From positions 11,821,579 through 11,885,578 of the forward strand of contig NC_043026.1 of the NCBI RefSeq assembly GCF_006345805.1: a DNA stretch of 64,000 nucleotides. The letters run 5' to 3'. The notes beneath the pieces were generated by a model, which worked only from the letters and a program-made list of their open reading frames with translations, ran no database searches and was not told the origin of the DNA. Below, in pieces: positions 1-63,812 of this stretch; positions within the stretch are counted from its first letter, which is position 1, and every line of letters starts with the position of its first letter. This DNA comes from Octopus sinensis. Taxonomy: Eukaryota. The position numbers and the translations under genes are program-made.

Positions 1-487
1 GTTATGTTACGATTTAATTATTATATCATACTTTAGTTTGAATTTAATTATTACTGACTACATATAATTCAATTGTCATTATTATTTTTATTGTTAAAGT
101 GAAAGTATCTGACATAAAATAGAGAAACGTTTTTGTTTCACTTTTAACACGTAATACTGAAATAGTGGAGAAGATATGATATTGCTATGGGCTCGCTCTA
201 GGCAAGAAGTTGAACATTTTTTTGCCCATGAAACTACATGGACCCTAAGTAAGGCATGTGTAAAATTTGAATGGGATTGGTTGTGTAGTTCTCAAGTTTT
301 AGGAAATCGTAGCGGAGAAGATATGATATTGCTGTGGGCTCGCCCTAGGCAAGAAGTTGAACATTTTTTTTGCCGATGACACTCCCCGGACCCTAAGTAA
401 GGCATGTGTAAAATTTGAATGAAATTGGTTGTGTAGTTCTCAAGTTTTAGGGAAACACACAGACAGACAGATACACATTCTCAGTTT
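1..487 (-). mobile_element. Non-autonomous Helitron-like copy (truncated by window), inverted relative to 1603-2412
   Basis: 1-487 is the reverse complement of ~1617-2110, including two ~145-bp internal subunits. Confidence 0.7.
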
Positions 488-489
488 TT

Positions 490-687
490 CTCTCCTTCTT
501 TCTGTGTTCCTTCTCTGTGTATCTTTCTGTTGAAGAGCGTAGGCTCGAAACGTTAAAGACTTGTTTTATTTATATTTCCTGAGCGCCATACTAATACAAT
601 TGTTTGTTTGTATTCCACCTGCCTTCGTCTTTTGTTTATTTCCGTAAACCTGCCTTCGTCTTTTGTCTATTTTCATAAGCTTCCCGT

Positions 688-690
<3 letters not shown>
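490..690 (+). mobile_element. Penelope-like terminal remnant with degenerate hammerhead motif (522-559)
   Basis: TCTTT-CTGTTGA-A-GAGC-GTAG-GCTC-GAA-ACGT-T-AAAGA; the tail resembles 25195-25400(-). Confidence 0.5.
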
Positions 691-719
<29 letters not shown>

Positions 720-735
720 TACATACATTCATATA

Positions 736-1411
736 CAAGGAGGTACTGAAAACGTTCCTGGCTTTAAGGGCATTACGAAGAAGGTAGAGCATTTACCTTT
801 ACGGGGGTGGGGGTAGGATATCTGTTAGGAAGAAGATATGCAAAAAATCGTGATGGTATGAAATATATCTTTCTCTTTTTTGCAGATTTAACGCATGATG
901 GCAGCTCCCACAGTGCATTTTAGTAAAACTGAAGCACGGGCAGTCATGAAGTTCCTCTTCTTGCAAGGCAAAGGAGCGGCAGAAATCCATGGCGAGATGA
1001 AGAAAGTCTTGAAGGAGCGCTGCCCATCTTACTCCACAGTGAAAATCTGGGTGTCGAGGTTTCGGACTGGTCATTTTGAAGTCACAGATGAACCCCGGTC
1101 GGGACGGCCAACTTCCGTGACGACAGAGGACAAAGCAGACATTGTGCATTTCATGATTCTCAAGGACCGGTGGATTTCGGCCAAAGTCATCGCCGAGACC
1201 CTGGGGATTTCCCGCGAAAGAGTTGGCCACATCATCCACAACATTCTGAACATGAGACAGCGTTCTGCAAAATGGGTGCCAAATAGCAAAACCGAAGGAC
1301 CTTCGGAAGAAGTGTGTGAATCCGAGAAAGGAATATGTTCAATAAAATCATAATTAACTGATTCTCCTGTATTTTCTTTTACACAAAACCAGGATCTTTT
1401 CAGCACACCCT

Positions 1412-1413
<2 letters not shown>
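736..1413 (+). mobile_element. Internally deleted mariner/Tc1 element with transposase N-terminus
   Basis: ORF 895-1353 has a mariner HTH (RAVMKFLFLQGK..YSTVKIWVSRF..DEPRSGRP..SAKWVP) fused to a C-terminal remnant. Imperfect TIRs CAAGGAGGTACTGAAAACGTTCCTGG / CCAGGATCTTTTCAGCACACCCTTA, with TA flanks. Confidence 0.88.
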
Positions 1414-1473
<60 letters not shown>

Positions 1474-1602
1474 GTATATATACATTAAGGTTGTTGAATA
1501 TGTATGTAAGCAACAACCTCGAGTACAAAAGAGAAAGACCACTTAGAAACACCATGCTGCACACCCTAAAAGTCTATAAAAATTCTAAACTAAGGTATTT
1601 TA

Positions 1603-2412
1603 TCTCTATATATATAAAACTGAGAATGTGTGTGTGTCTGTCTGTCTGTCTGTGTGTTTCCCTAAAACTTGAGAACTACACTACCAATTTCATTCAAATT
1701 TTACACATGCCTTACTTAGGGTCCGGGGAGTGTCATCGGCAAAAAAATCTTTTAACTTTTCGCCTAGGGCGAGCCCACAGCAATATCATATCTTCTCCGC
1801 TACGGTTCCCTAAAACTCGTGAACTACACAACCAATTCCATTCAAATTTTACACATGCCTTACTTAGGGTCCATGTAGTTTCATGGGCAAAAAAATGTTC
1901 AACTTCTTGCCTAGAGCGAGCCCATAGCAATATCATATTTTCTCCACTATTTCAGTATTACGTGTTAAAAGTGAAACAAAAACGTTTCTCTATTTTATGT
2001 CAGATACTTTCACTTTAGCAAAAAAAATTAGTGATAATAATAACAATTGAATTATATGTAGTAAGTAATAATTAAAATCAAACTAAAGTATAATATAATC
2101 GTAACATAACAAAGGTAAAAATAGTAATTGGTATAAAATTGCATCAAGGATTTGAACTTGAATAAGTGGTTTCACATGAATGGGAATAAATTAAAAATAA
2201 AATTAGCGTACAGAAATGGAATAGTCCTACAATTCCAGTCTGTTATATATTTTGAGTATTGTTATCATTAGCGATATCAAGATATAACTTTGTATTTCGT
2301 ATTTTATGTGTAGATGTATATACATAGATGTACATGTAATATGTACACATATATATACACATATATACAAGCACTAGCACTATGACCCGGCAAAGACGGG
2401 TTATAATGCTAG
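1603..2412 (+). mobile_element. Non-autonomous Helitron-like element
   Basis: 5' A|TCTCTATATATATAAAAC plus (GTCT)n; 3' hairpin ACCCGGCAAAGACGGGT then CTAG|T. Confidence 0.7.
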
Positions 2413-2615
2413 TTGATTATAAAATACTATAAAGTAGTAATTCTTTTTAATTAGTTTTATTAATCACAGGTTCCCTCATTGTCTCATAAAGTATTTATTT
2501 ACACAATATGTGTGGAATCCGAATGTCCACAAAATTCTAAGATGTGCTATTTATATTTTTATAGAATATACCATAAAATTTTAATTCATAGTCATTTATC
2601 TAAAATTATCATCTA

Positions 2616-3006
2616 CTAGCAGTATTGCCCGGTGTTGCTCGGGTTTGTTTCGACTCTTTTGGATTGGAATTTTTGAAAAGTAAAAATTTTGCATTATGTA
2701 GCTTGTTATTCTCTTTGAGTGAACATTTTTCTTGTGAAATACACCGAAAAATGGTGACACAGCAGTCAAAAAATCTTTAAAAATAGGGATTTTCATAGAA
2801 AAAAAGCACCTTTTTGATGTAAATAATTTTTGGTGTTAACATGGTCCGATACGAATTTTTTCTTCTACGGAAGGAAGAGCAAGCCTTCTTCTATCATACT
2901 CTCAATTTTGGTCAACTTGCACTGCAGGGTCTCGGAGGAGATAGTGTTAGTTGAAGGCTACCAAACATGCCATACACAGACAACTTCAGCTTTATATAGA
3001 GAGAGA
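2616..3006 (-). mobile_element. Non-autonomous Helitron (one internal unit)
   Basis: Minus strand A|TC start and ccgggcaatactgCTAG|T end; same family as 9237-10287. Confidence 0.78.
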
Positions 3007-4330
3007 TTTACAAATTCAGGGGAATTTAGCATGTCGTTTTCTGTGTGATCCCTTCTGTTTTGTACATAACTACACTTTGGTGCCTTACCCTTGATTTTGT
3101 TTCCTCATACCTCTCTTTAAAACACCATATTTTTAAATAACATTTTGTAGAAATAGATATTCATGGATGTAAAGTAGATATTATTCATTTATTTGTATCA
3201 GTCATTTGACTGCGACCATGCTGGAGCACCACCTTAAAGGGTGTTAGTCGAAGAAATCGACCCTTAGATTTATTCTTTGTAAGCGGAGTACTTATTTTTT
3301 CAGTCTCTTTTGCCGTACTGCTTAGTTACGGAGGACATAAACATGGTAGCATCTCTAAATATGAAATGTAAAACGTGGAAGTTTGGTGCAGTGCTTATTT
3401 GCATTGAAGGGTGCAAAACGAAATTTCTGTGACATAAAATACAGAAATATTGTCTACTATTTTGTAGTTTATATATAATCTTAAAACAATGTGAAGGTGT
3501 AGCTATAGTGAGCAAATATGTTTGCTTCGCATAAAATTCTGTTATGTAAATTTTAGTAAATTAAAATGTTCAGTTGTTAAGGTAAATATTTGTTTCTGCA
3601 ATTAATCTCTATAGAAATGTAAATTTTCCATTGTTGAATCTCTCTGTTTCAAATGGTCTCGATATTTTAACTGATGTTTCTTTATTATTTCAGAATATCA
3701 GATGACATTGGCATAGCAAAAGATGCATCATCAATTCATTATCCTTTATAGACTCTAGAACAGATATTTAAACCTCTTTCCATAAATTCATGGTCGAATT
3801 CCTGTGAAATATTTGCTTTGGACTGAGACTATTAGCAACGTTTCTGTGTTGTAATCTGAAGTGTGTACAAAATGAGTTTGTGTGCTAATTAAACGTGGAT
3901 AAATTTTCATTTGAGCTGTTAGATGAAGGTAACGTTGGATAGAAATACAGCAGATGAAAAATTTTGTAAGGAATAAACTTTGTAAACAAAAACGAAAATA
4001 TATATAGAAATATAGAAATATTTTAATTTGAGAAGAAAAATATTGCAAAAATGTCAGAAAATTTAGGAACTTAGTTTTTCCTGTTAAGATGTGTCTCAAG
4101 ATACAGGAAAACCATATGAGTGTGAATTCTGTAAAAATCATTCTCTAGTAATGATACCCTAATTAGACACAAACGTATTCATACAGGAGACAAGCCATAT
4201 CGCTGTGGTATCTGTGATAAACCATGCTCTCAGATTGATAACCTAACTAAACACCATCGTATTCATACAGGAGAGAAGCCACATCACTGTGGTATTTGTG
4301 ATAAGTCCTTCTCTGGAGGTAGTGCTTTAA

Positions 4331-4645
<315 letters not shown>

Positions 4646-4769
4646 TAACAGTCCACAAACGCATTCATATTAAAGAAGAGGTATATCGGTGTATCATCTG
4701 TGCTAAATTATATTTTGAAAAAGTTTCATTAACAGTACACAAACGTATTCACACTGGAGAGAATCAGTT

Positions 4770-5654
<885 letters not shown>

Positions 5655-5689
5655 TAGGAACCACATCACTCATCATCATCATCATCATC

Positions 5690-5995
5690 ATCGTTTAACG
5701 TCCGCTTTCCATGCTAGCATGGGTTGGACGATTTTGACTGAGGGCTGGCGAACTAGATGGTTGCACCAGGCTCCAATCTTGATCTGGCAGTGTTTCTACA
5801 GCTGGATGCCCTTCCTAACGCCAACCACTCCAAGAGTGTAGTGGGTGCTTTTTATGTGCCACCGGCACGGGAGCCAGTCAGGTGGTACTGGCAACGACCT
5901 CGCTCAAATCTTTTTACACGTGCCACCGGCACAGGTGCCAGTGAAGCGACGTTGGTAACGATCATGCTCGAATGGTTCCTTTTTACATGCCACGG
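5690..5995. mobile_element. Interspersed repeat with (CAT)n end and internal gccaccggcac subrepeats; second copy at 59955-60392
   Basis: Shared catcatcgtt(t)aacg..ccatgctagcatgggttggacg..ggcagtgtttctacagctggatgcccttcctaacgccaaccactc. Confidence 0.75.
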
Positions 5996-6606
5996 ATACG
6001 GAAGCCAATTTGTGGTAAATCGTTCTCTCAACATCATGACTTAAGCGATTGTAAATGTATCCAGATAAAAGTGTAACTGTATCAGTGTTGAACTTCTTAA
6101 CAACCACAAACATTTTAAGTACCCACCTGAAGTGAGGTGGGCTTAGCTTTGTGAACTTTACCCATGACAACAACCAAGCCACCCATCATTGGCTCTCTTT
6201 CTGAGGTTGTCTTTTACAGCTGTTTGAACTTTTAATGATGCCAACCTCTTTTATTTTCTGCTTACCACATGAAGGAATATGGTTTAGTGTCAAATTTCTT
6301 TCTTTCTATGAAAATTTAAAAACAAACACCGTCTTCTATAATTAAATGTATGTACATTGGAAAAGAAATATAACAGTGTGTGATAAGAGCCTTCCCACAC
6401 TCTATGTTTTATATTAACTCAACTAAACACTGTTGAGATAACTTACCTCTGTAATAGTTTTAATAAAAGCAATTTCCTTCAGATTTTGAATTTGTTTTGA
6501 GTGTGTGGAAACCAATATTGTTATATTTGGGAAGAATCTCGATAATGCATATAAACACACTCACCAGTTGTTGTTTGTGTATATTTTCCTTAAGTCTTAA
6601 GTATTT

Positions 6607-6608
<2 letters not shown>

Positions 6609-6669
<61 letters not shown>

Positions 6670-7068
6670 TGTGTTTGTGTGTGTGTGTGTGTTTGTGTGT
6701 TTGTGTGTGTGTGTGTATGTGTGTGTGTGTATGTGTGTGTGTGTGTATGTATGTGTATGTGTGTGTGTGTGTGTGTATGTGTGTGTGTATGTATGTGTGT
6801 GTGTATGTGTGTATGTGTATGTGTGTGTGTATGTGTGCGTGTGTATGTGTGTTTGTGTGTGTGTGTGTATGTGTGTATGTGTGTGTGTATGTGTGTGTGT
6901 ATGTGTGTGTGTGTGTATGTGTGTGTGTGTGTGTATGTGTGTATGTGTGTGTGTATGTGTGTGTGTGTGTGTGTATGTGTGTGTGTTTGTGTGTGTGTGT
7001 GTGTTTGTGTGTTTGTGTGTGTGTGTGTGTGTATGTGTGTATGTGTATGTGTGTGTGTATGTGTGTGT

Positions 7069-7112
<44 letters not shown>
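6609..7112. repeat. Compound (GT)n/(GTAT)n microsatellite, ~500 bp
   Basis: Direct reading. Confidence 0.98.
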
Positions 7113-7115
<3 letters not shown>

Positions 7116-7378
7116 ATAAGGTGTAACATGGAGGGATGTAAAAAGTGGAGAGATGTGCCAAGTAAGTTATGCGGATTGGCTGGAGTATTCGGAGGACGTT
7201 CGATGGTTAACTGAGTGATTCACAGGAGTCGCCAATTGCAACAAGTAATGAGAGATGAAACGGGTGGGACGATGGGATGAGTTAGAGAAGGCTGCATGTG
7301 GCAAATTAACAATCTCTGGATGTATTGAAATGAACTGACGAAAGTTAATCTATGCTTACTACAGATTTTATTCAACCA

Positions 7379-7750
7379 CTAGCAGTATCGCCCGGCGTTG
7401 CTCGGGTTTGTAAGGGAAATAACTATAAAGCATTTTTAGAGAGTTATAGCCAAAAAATGGAAAAAAAAATTATGGTAAATTTTTTTTTAGTTAAAAAGGT
7501 CGAGTTGCGTCCCCTAGACAGTCTGTGGTTTGTGTTTTTGATTCTCGACCCCATGTCGAATTTATCGATTTTTTTCAGAACTGGGGGAACTTTTCAAAAT
7601 TTTCGCTGCGTTAGTTTTGAATTATGACATTGGGCTATGTGTGTGTCAAGTTTCATCAGAATCGGTTGAAAGCCGTGGTCAGGGTGAGGGTACAACCTAA
7701 CAGACACACAGAAACACGCACAGATAAACTGCCGTTTATATATAGAGAGA
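7379..7750 (-). mobile_element. Non-autonomous Helitron
   Basis: actagcagtatcgcccggcgttgctcggg end and tatagagagat end. Confidence 0.78.
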
Positions 7751-8224
7751 TTACGTACTGGGGTCGATGTAATCGACTTAATCCCTTTGTCTGTCCTTGT
7801 TTGTTCCCTCTATGTTTAAGCCCCTGGGGGAAATCATCATCATTGTTCGACCGTGGTCGAGACTTTCATAGTCTTTTCAAATGGCTAATAATGTGTGGGC
7901 GCGCCACTACTACAAACATTGGAAAGCATTGTACAACCAAGTACTAAAGAAGATCTTTCCTCCTCCTTGAAACAAAGCTGTTCCCGCTGGACGTCAACCC
8001 AGTATTTCTAAGCTACGGACCCAGTGATTTATTGTAAGGTTATCTCCCTAGATAGATTGCCTTCACTACGGCTAAGGAGCCCTTTCTACCCCATTTATTG
8101 GGGGCAATAAAGAAGTAAGAAATCAGTGGCAAGAATCAAGGCCTGTTCCTTTGCTTCTCATGCAAGTGTTGAACAGTTACCAACTCTCTTACGAAAAATA
8201 GTACGAAATTGGATAACATCTGGA

Positions 8225-8600
8225 ATGGAAGCACTCCGTCGGTTACGACGACGAGGGTTCCGGTTGATCCGAATCAACGGAACAGCCTGCTCGTGAAATT
8301 AACGTGTAAGTGGCTGAGCACTCCACAGACACGTGTACCCATAACGTAGTTCTCGGGGATATTCAGCGTGACACAGAGAGTGACAAGGCCAGCCCTTTGA
8401 AATACAGGTACAACAGAAACAGGAAGTAAGAGTGAGAGAGAGTTGTGGTGAAAGAGTACAGCAGGGATCACCACCATCCCCTGCCGGAGCCTCGTGGAGC
8501 TTTTAGGTGTTTTCGCTCAATAAACACTCACATTCTGGGAATCGAAACCGCGATCCTATGACCGCGAGTCCGCTGCCCAAACCACTGGGCCATTGCGCCT
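8225..8600 (-). mobile_element. tRNA-derived SINE family 3 (also 15975-16315 + and 21210-21500 +)
   Basis: tRNA-like head with A/B boxes; shared body and cgtcgtaaccgacggagt tail. Confidence 0.75.
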
Positions 8601-8721
8601 CCTGGATAACATCTAAAATAAGTACGACTGCAAGGAAGTTTAAAGACAGCAGTTTAACAATAAGATTACAAGCTACAGCTGAGGAAAAAATATAAGTGGG
8701 AATCAGTTCTACATCATATTC

Positions 8722-9110
8722 GACCTTTATTCTCTAGAAAAACGCCGCCACCGTGGTGATCTTATTCTCGCCCACAGCATTATAAGCGGAAAGTGTAACC
8801 TCTCGAAAGAGCTGTTCTTCACTCCTGCTCCAGAGCGTCGGCTGCGGGGTCATTCCGAAAAGCTCTACCTGCGACGATTTCATCTCAATCGAAGGAGAGG
8901 GGCTTTCTCCGTCCGGGTTGCGGATCCGTGGAACAAGCTGCCAGACGAGATGGTGAAGATGCCGACGACCGCTTTGTTCAAAGCCTCCCTGGACCTCAAG
9001 TGGCCTGAACTCGTTACATGAACACCACCCTGTACTTAACTCCATGTCCCCCTACATGGCCTTGCTATTTGCTTTTGAGCCAAATTAACTAACTAACTAA
9101 CTAACTAACA
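8722..9110 (+). mobile_element. CR1-clade LINE 3' end with (TAAC)n tail
   Basis: DLYSLEKRRHRGDLI...RGHSEKL...FSVRVADPWNKLP...* then (TAAC)n. Confidence 0.85.
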
Positions 9111-9236
9111 TATATCTATCGTTATTTTAGAAAGACATACCGGACATGACAGTCCGGTAGAGATAAGTTCATTCCACAAAGGAGGAAATTAACCGTATGG
9201 TAATGAATGCTCATCTACTGAATTGGTAAGCTAGTA

Positions 9237-10287
9237 TCTCTCTCTCCACATATAAAGCTGAAGTTGTCTGTGTATGGCAGGTTTGGTAGCCTTCAACTAA
9301 CACTATTTCCTCCGAGACCCTGCGGCGCAAGTTGGCCAAAATTGAGAGTATGATAGAAGAAGGCTTGCTCTTCTTTCCGTAGAAGAAAAAATTCAAATCG
9401 GACCATGTTAAGGCCAAAAATTATTTACATCAAAAAGGTGCTTTTTTTTCTATGAAAATCCCTATTTTTTACTATTTATAAAGCTGAAGTTGTCTGTGTA
9501 TGGCAGGTTTGGTAGCCTTCAACTAACATTATCTCCTCCGAGACCCTGCAGCCAGCGCAAGTTGACCAAAATTGAGAGTATGATAGAAGAAGGCTTGCTC
9601 TTCATTCCGTAGAAGAAAAAATTCAAATCGGACCATGTTAAGACCAAAAATTATTTACATCAAAAAGGTGCTTTTTTTTCTATGAAAATCCCTATTTTTT
9701 ACTATTTATAAAACTGAAGTTGTCTGTGTATGGCAGGTTTGGTAGCCTTCAACTAACACTATCTCCTCCGAGACCCTGCGGCGCAAGTTGGCCAAAATTG
9801 AGAGTATGATAGAAGAAGGCTTGCTCTTCTTTCCGTTGAAGAAAATTCAGATCGAACCATGTTAGCTACAAAAATTATTAACATCAAAAAGGTGCTTTTT
9901 TTCTATGAAAATCCCTATTTTTTACTATTTATAAAGCTGAAGTTGTCTGTGTATGGCAGGTTTGGTAGCCTTCAACTAACACTATCTCCTCCGAGACCCT
10001 GTTGTGCAAGTTGACCAAAATTGAGAGTATGATAGAAGGCTTGCTCTTCATTCCGTAGAAGAAAAAATTCAAATCGGACCATGTTAAGACTAAAAATTAT
10101 TTACATCAAAAGGTGCTTTATTTTCTGTGAAAATCCCTATTTTTTACGATTTTTTTATTGCTGTGTCGCCAGAAAAATGTTCACTTAAAGAGAATAACAA
10201 GCTACGTAATGCAAAATTTTTACTTTTCAAACATTCCAATTCTAAAGGGTCGAAACAAACCCGAGCAACGCCGGGCGATACTGCTAG
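9237..10287 (+). mobile_element. Non-autonomous Helitron with four tandem ~226-bp internal units
   Basis: A|TC start, cccgagcaacgccgggcgatactgCTAG|T end; unit starts at 9251, 9477, 9707, 9930. Confidence 0.85.
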
Positions 10288-10616
10288 TTAGCGTATATAT
10301 TGGATGACAGTCAGGTTGTTGAAACAGAAGCAGTCGAAATTATTCGCATGACAGAATAATACATTCACGGGTAGATGGACACAGGTTTTTCAATCGATTC
10401 TTTATATTTGCTTCCATGGGTTCTATAATTTCTATAATACTTTTAGATCTGGTGTTTACGTTTCATTTTTGCCACTCCAGGCTGCCAGAATGTAATGTAG
10501 GTCAGGTAGTCTGATTTCATGGTAGCTGGGAATGTTTGTAACTCTATCTAAATGATGGATTTACATGAAGCATACGCCCAGTATATCGCTCTGTATAATA
10601 TCACCATATCATAACA

Positions 10617-10828
<212 letters not shown>

Positions 10829-11323
10829 GTGTGTGTAAGTGTAAAAATTCCACTGCTGTATTATCCTTTAGAGAGTAATTATAAATGGTTACTTCATTCA
10901 ATATGCTTATCGGATATACGCAGCAGATTCAGATAAAAGTTTAATACAAGACTGGCACGTAAACGGTTAATCAGTATTAGAACAGAGCGTACAACAGATG
11001 TGATATTTGGACCAGTTATCACAGAGGTAAAATACTTTTTATCTATTTTTTGTTAAAGATTTGATAATATTAATTTGAAGACGGTAGTGACAAAATCGTT
11101 ACGGTATTGATTGACAGTCAAAGATCGGTAACAGATTATTTCATATCGCAATTTGTGATTATTGTATCGTTTCTGATTCTATATTATTTCATTAGTTTAA
11201 TTGTGTGGCTTAGCAATTGTTTAGTTAAAAATTCTGTGGCTATATCATAATGTCAAACAGATTGTGTGAAGATGAGACAGTTTCCATAGTTTCATTTTTA
11301 ACGGCAAGTGTGTAGAGTATCGT

Positions 11324-12050
11324 CCTTTCGTTATCAACCCGACTGAAACCGGCTCTGGGTCTGTAGCACAAAAGTCTTGTTTTCATAAGTTTTGAATTAA
11401 AATCTTCCATCAAACCTTAGTCACAATTTATGTTCCTAATACTAGCTTAATGATAACTAAGTTATTTTACTAAATTCTTTGGTATATTTAAAATTAATTG
11501 AAAGAAACACAGAGCATCTCAACAGAAGTATGGTAACAAAAGGGTTAAAATATAATAGAAAAACAATTCTTAACCCTTTCGATACCAACCTGGTTGAAAC
11601 CACCTCTGGCTCTGTAGTACAAATGTCTTGTTTTCATAAGTTTTGAATTAAAATCTTCCACCAGACCTTAGTCACAATTTATGTTGCTAACACTAGTTTA
11701 ATGATAACTAAGTTACTTTACTAAATTCTTTGTTATATTTAAAATTAATTGAAAGAAACACAGAGCATCTCAATAGAAATATAGTAACAAGGGGGTTAAA
11801 ATATAATAGAAAAACAATTCTTAACCCTTTCGATACCAACCTGGTTGAAACCACTTCTGGCTCTGTAGTACAAATGTCTTGTTTTCATAAGTTTTGAATT
11901 AAAATCTTCCACCAGACCTTAGTCACAATTTATGTTGCTAACACTAGCTTAATGATAACAAAGTTATTTTACTAAATTCTTTGTTATATTTAAAATTAAT
12001 TAAAAGAAACACAGAGCATCTCAACAGAAATACGGTAACAAAAGGGTTAA
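11324..12050 (+). mobile_element. Three tandem piggyBac-like MITE units (~222 bp each)
   Basis: TTAA-CCCTTTCGATACC...GGTAACAAAAGGG-TTAA; units 11324-11544, 11574-11795, 11825-12046. Confidence 0.75.
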
Positions 12051-13383
12051 GAAGAAATTGAGACTTGATGATGTATAATTTAGAATGAAGAACACACATT
12101 TCTTTTTTGTACATAGCATTTTCTTTTGTTAACACTATTATTCCAACGACTAATTTATTGGTAACTGAACGAAAAATACAGTATTTTAGTTTGAAATAAA
12201 GTATTCATGAAGGAATACACAGAATATATTACAGAGAAAAACATTAAGAGCAAATAATAGAGGCATGTACTTATTTTTGCTTCCCTTTGTATATGTCGTA
12301 TGTAAGCGTATGTAGACTTAATTTTAGGTTATCTGGAGTTGATTGGCAAGTGACTTAGTCTGAGAGATTGCGTTGGAACCGAAGCAATTAGTTTTTATAA
12401 TTTGATTTACATAACAATTACATAACAATCACAAAACATAACGTTTAATATGAAAGCAAACAAGGACAAAGAACAAACAAAAGGTACCAGGTGGTGGTGT
12501 TAAACCAAGCGACTGCTTAAGTTTTTAGTACAATATAAGACTGAAAGAAAAAGCTTATATGCATTTCTTATATTTGTATGCTTACATATGTGCGTGTATA
12601 AATGTAAATACATACTGCACACCAACGTAACACAGATTTATAATGTAACACCAACACCGATATATGCATATCCAGTATATAGTAAGAAATACGTTGAAAT
12701 AGATCCAGAAATGACCGCCTTTGCTGACTTCATTTAGTCCCAGAATTTACGCATGAAATATATATGACACAATCTACAAATGGCCGAATTATCTTCTCCA
12801 CTGTGACCATTTCTTGCGGTTCTTCTAGGAATTTTGACAGTTTTATGCAACATTTCAAACAAGCTGATATCACTGAACCCCAACTAAATAAATTGGCATC
12901 TATACTGAATTTAACCGACCAGCTGACGGCCGAAAATACTTCTTTGATTAATTAGTTTTCATAGTTTGGTTAGCGTAAGAGAAAGAAATAATATTCAGAT
13001 TGTCGAAGAAGAAATTTTCCCATTTTATTTAATATTCCAACATTTCCCGTTTGAAATATCCGAAGCAAACGATGTGCGTCTCCTTTGCATGAAGCATCCT
13101 GGCTATGTTGTCAGTATCTTGGACCTACTCTCTGTACATAACAGATTCATGGGTTAATGGACATAGATTTTTCAATTAATTCTTTATAATTGTTTTCATG
13201 GGTTCTATGATTTCTTATATATGCTGTATCACTTCACCTCAAATTTGCTGACTCGCAGACAGTCATGTAGGTCACGTAACCTGATTTCATGTTAGATGTG
13301 AATGTATGTAACTCTATCTGAATCACCAATTCACATGAAGCATACGCCTAGCCTCTCTCTATGCACCGTTTCATATTGTGTGT

Positions 13384-13428
<45 letters not shown>

Positions 13429-13986
13429 GTTTAGTTCAAGTAGAACATTTTGAATTTTTGGGGCGATCCAAAAAGTTAAATTTCTAATAAATATTCTTCA
13501 TATTAAAGTAGTAGCTTGCTAATGCAAGTATTTAAAACATGAAAATATAGCAAGTAAAAAGTGTGTCATGAGCATTTATAGGATATATTCCTATATAAAC
13601 TCAACTAACAGTTAAAAAATGGAAAAGAGAAGATGTTAAAAGGTTTTATAAAGTTTTAATCCATGCATACGATCGTTTCGAATAGTAATACCAACATGTA
13701 AGAAACATGTGTATGTGTGTATGTAAGGGTGCTTGGTCAGTTTTTATTCCACATTATCGCTCATTTAAGCTGCAATCTATAATTGTGTTATTCACATTGA
13801 TTTATCGGAATTGATTTTGCAATTTTAAATATTAAACTGAAAGTAGGTAAAATCAAAGATAAATTCATCGCATGGAGCAGGGGCAACAATCTTTTTCCTT
13901 CGAAGAATCTGCAATGTGAATGAAATAATAACATAGTCTTTGATATTTTGTATTTTCTTCTTTTACAGATTAATCTACGTTTGAAA

Positions 13987-63004
<49,018 letters not shown>

Positions 63005-63088
63005 GTTAGTAAACTCCTTTTGCTGTTGTTTTTTTTTGCATCAATTGTTATTTTATTATTACCACTAACTCCATGCTATTTTCTGCCG

Positions 63089-63129
<41 letters not shown>

Positions 63130-63163
<34 letters not shown>

Positions 63164-63769
63164 AAATATTAGGGAATAAATCCAAACTTACAGGGAAAAA
63201 TCAGATTTAGGATTAAATCCAATTTTATAGTATAAATATATTATATTATATTATAATAAATTGGAGATAAAACCACTATTAGGCAAATCAAACAATGAAA
63301 AACATAAGCCAATACATAAAATTAATTTAATTTATATTATTTTAAATATATATCAAAAGTATTAAAAGTTTAATAAAAGATAAAGAGTAAAACACTACGA
63401 TCGTTTCATGGCTGTACAATTCGAATAACAATAATTTAAATTCAATTAATAATTCGAGTTATGGTTACAGTCAATCTTCAGGTTAATTGAAATATCTAAA
63501 AAATAATCAGAAATATTAAAACAATATTTTTAATATATAAATAATATAATAATTTTACTTATAATAAACACTATTATCAAACTAGAAACATAACTTAACA
63601 ATTATGATTATATCAAAAACGACTATAATGTTAAATATTAATTTTAATTTATAAGGTAGGAAACCCACCAGTAATCTAATATTGGTATTAATCTATATCT
63701 AATTACATAAATATTTAAAAATGACTATTATATATAAATATCAATGAAAATATATAAATGTATATAAAT

Positions 63770-63790
<21 letters not shown>
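63130..63790 (-). mobile_element. Penelope-like AT-rich remnant with hammerhead-like motif (63390-63488)
   Basis: Minus strand CTGAAGA-[long stem TGACTGTA...TACAGCCA]-GAA-ACGATCGT-A. Confidence 0.45.

Positions 63791-63812
<22 letters not shown>

Noticed and set aside
11324-12050. Repeat-spacer arrangement superficially like a CRISPR array (also 9251-10140, 38657-38915)
   Set aside because: The spacers are identical, the units are 52-250 bp, there are no cas genes and the context is eukaryotic.
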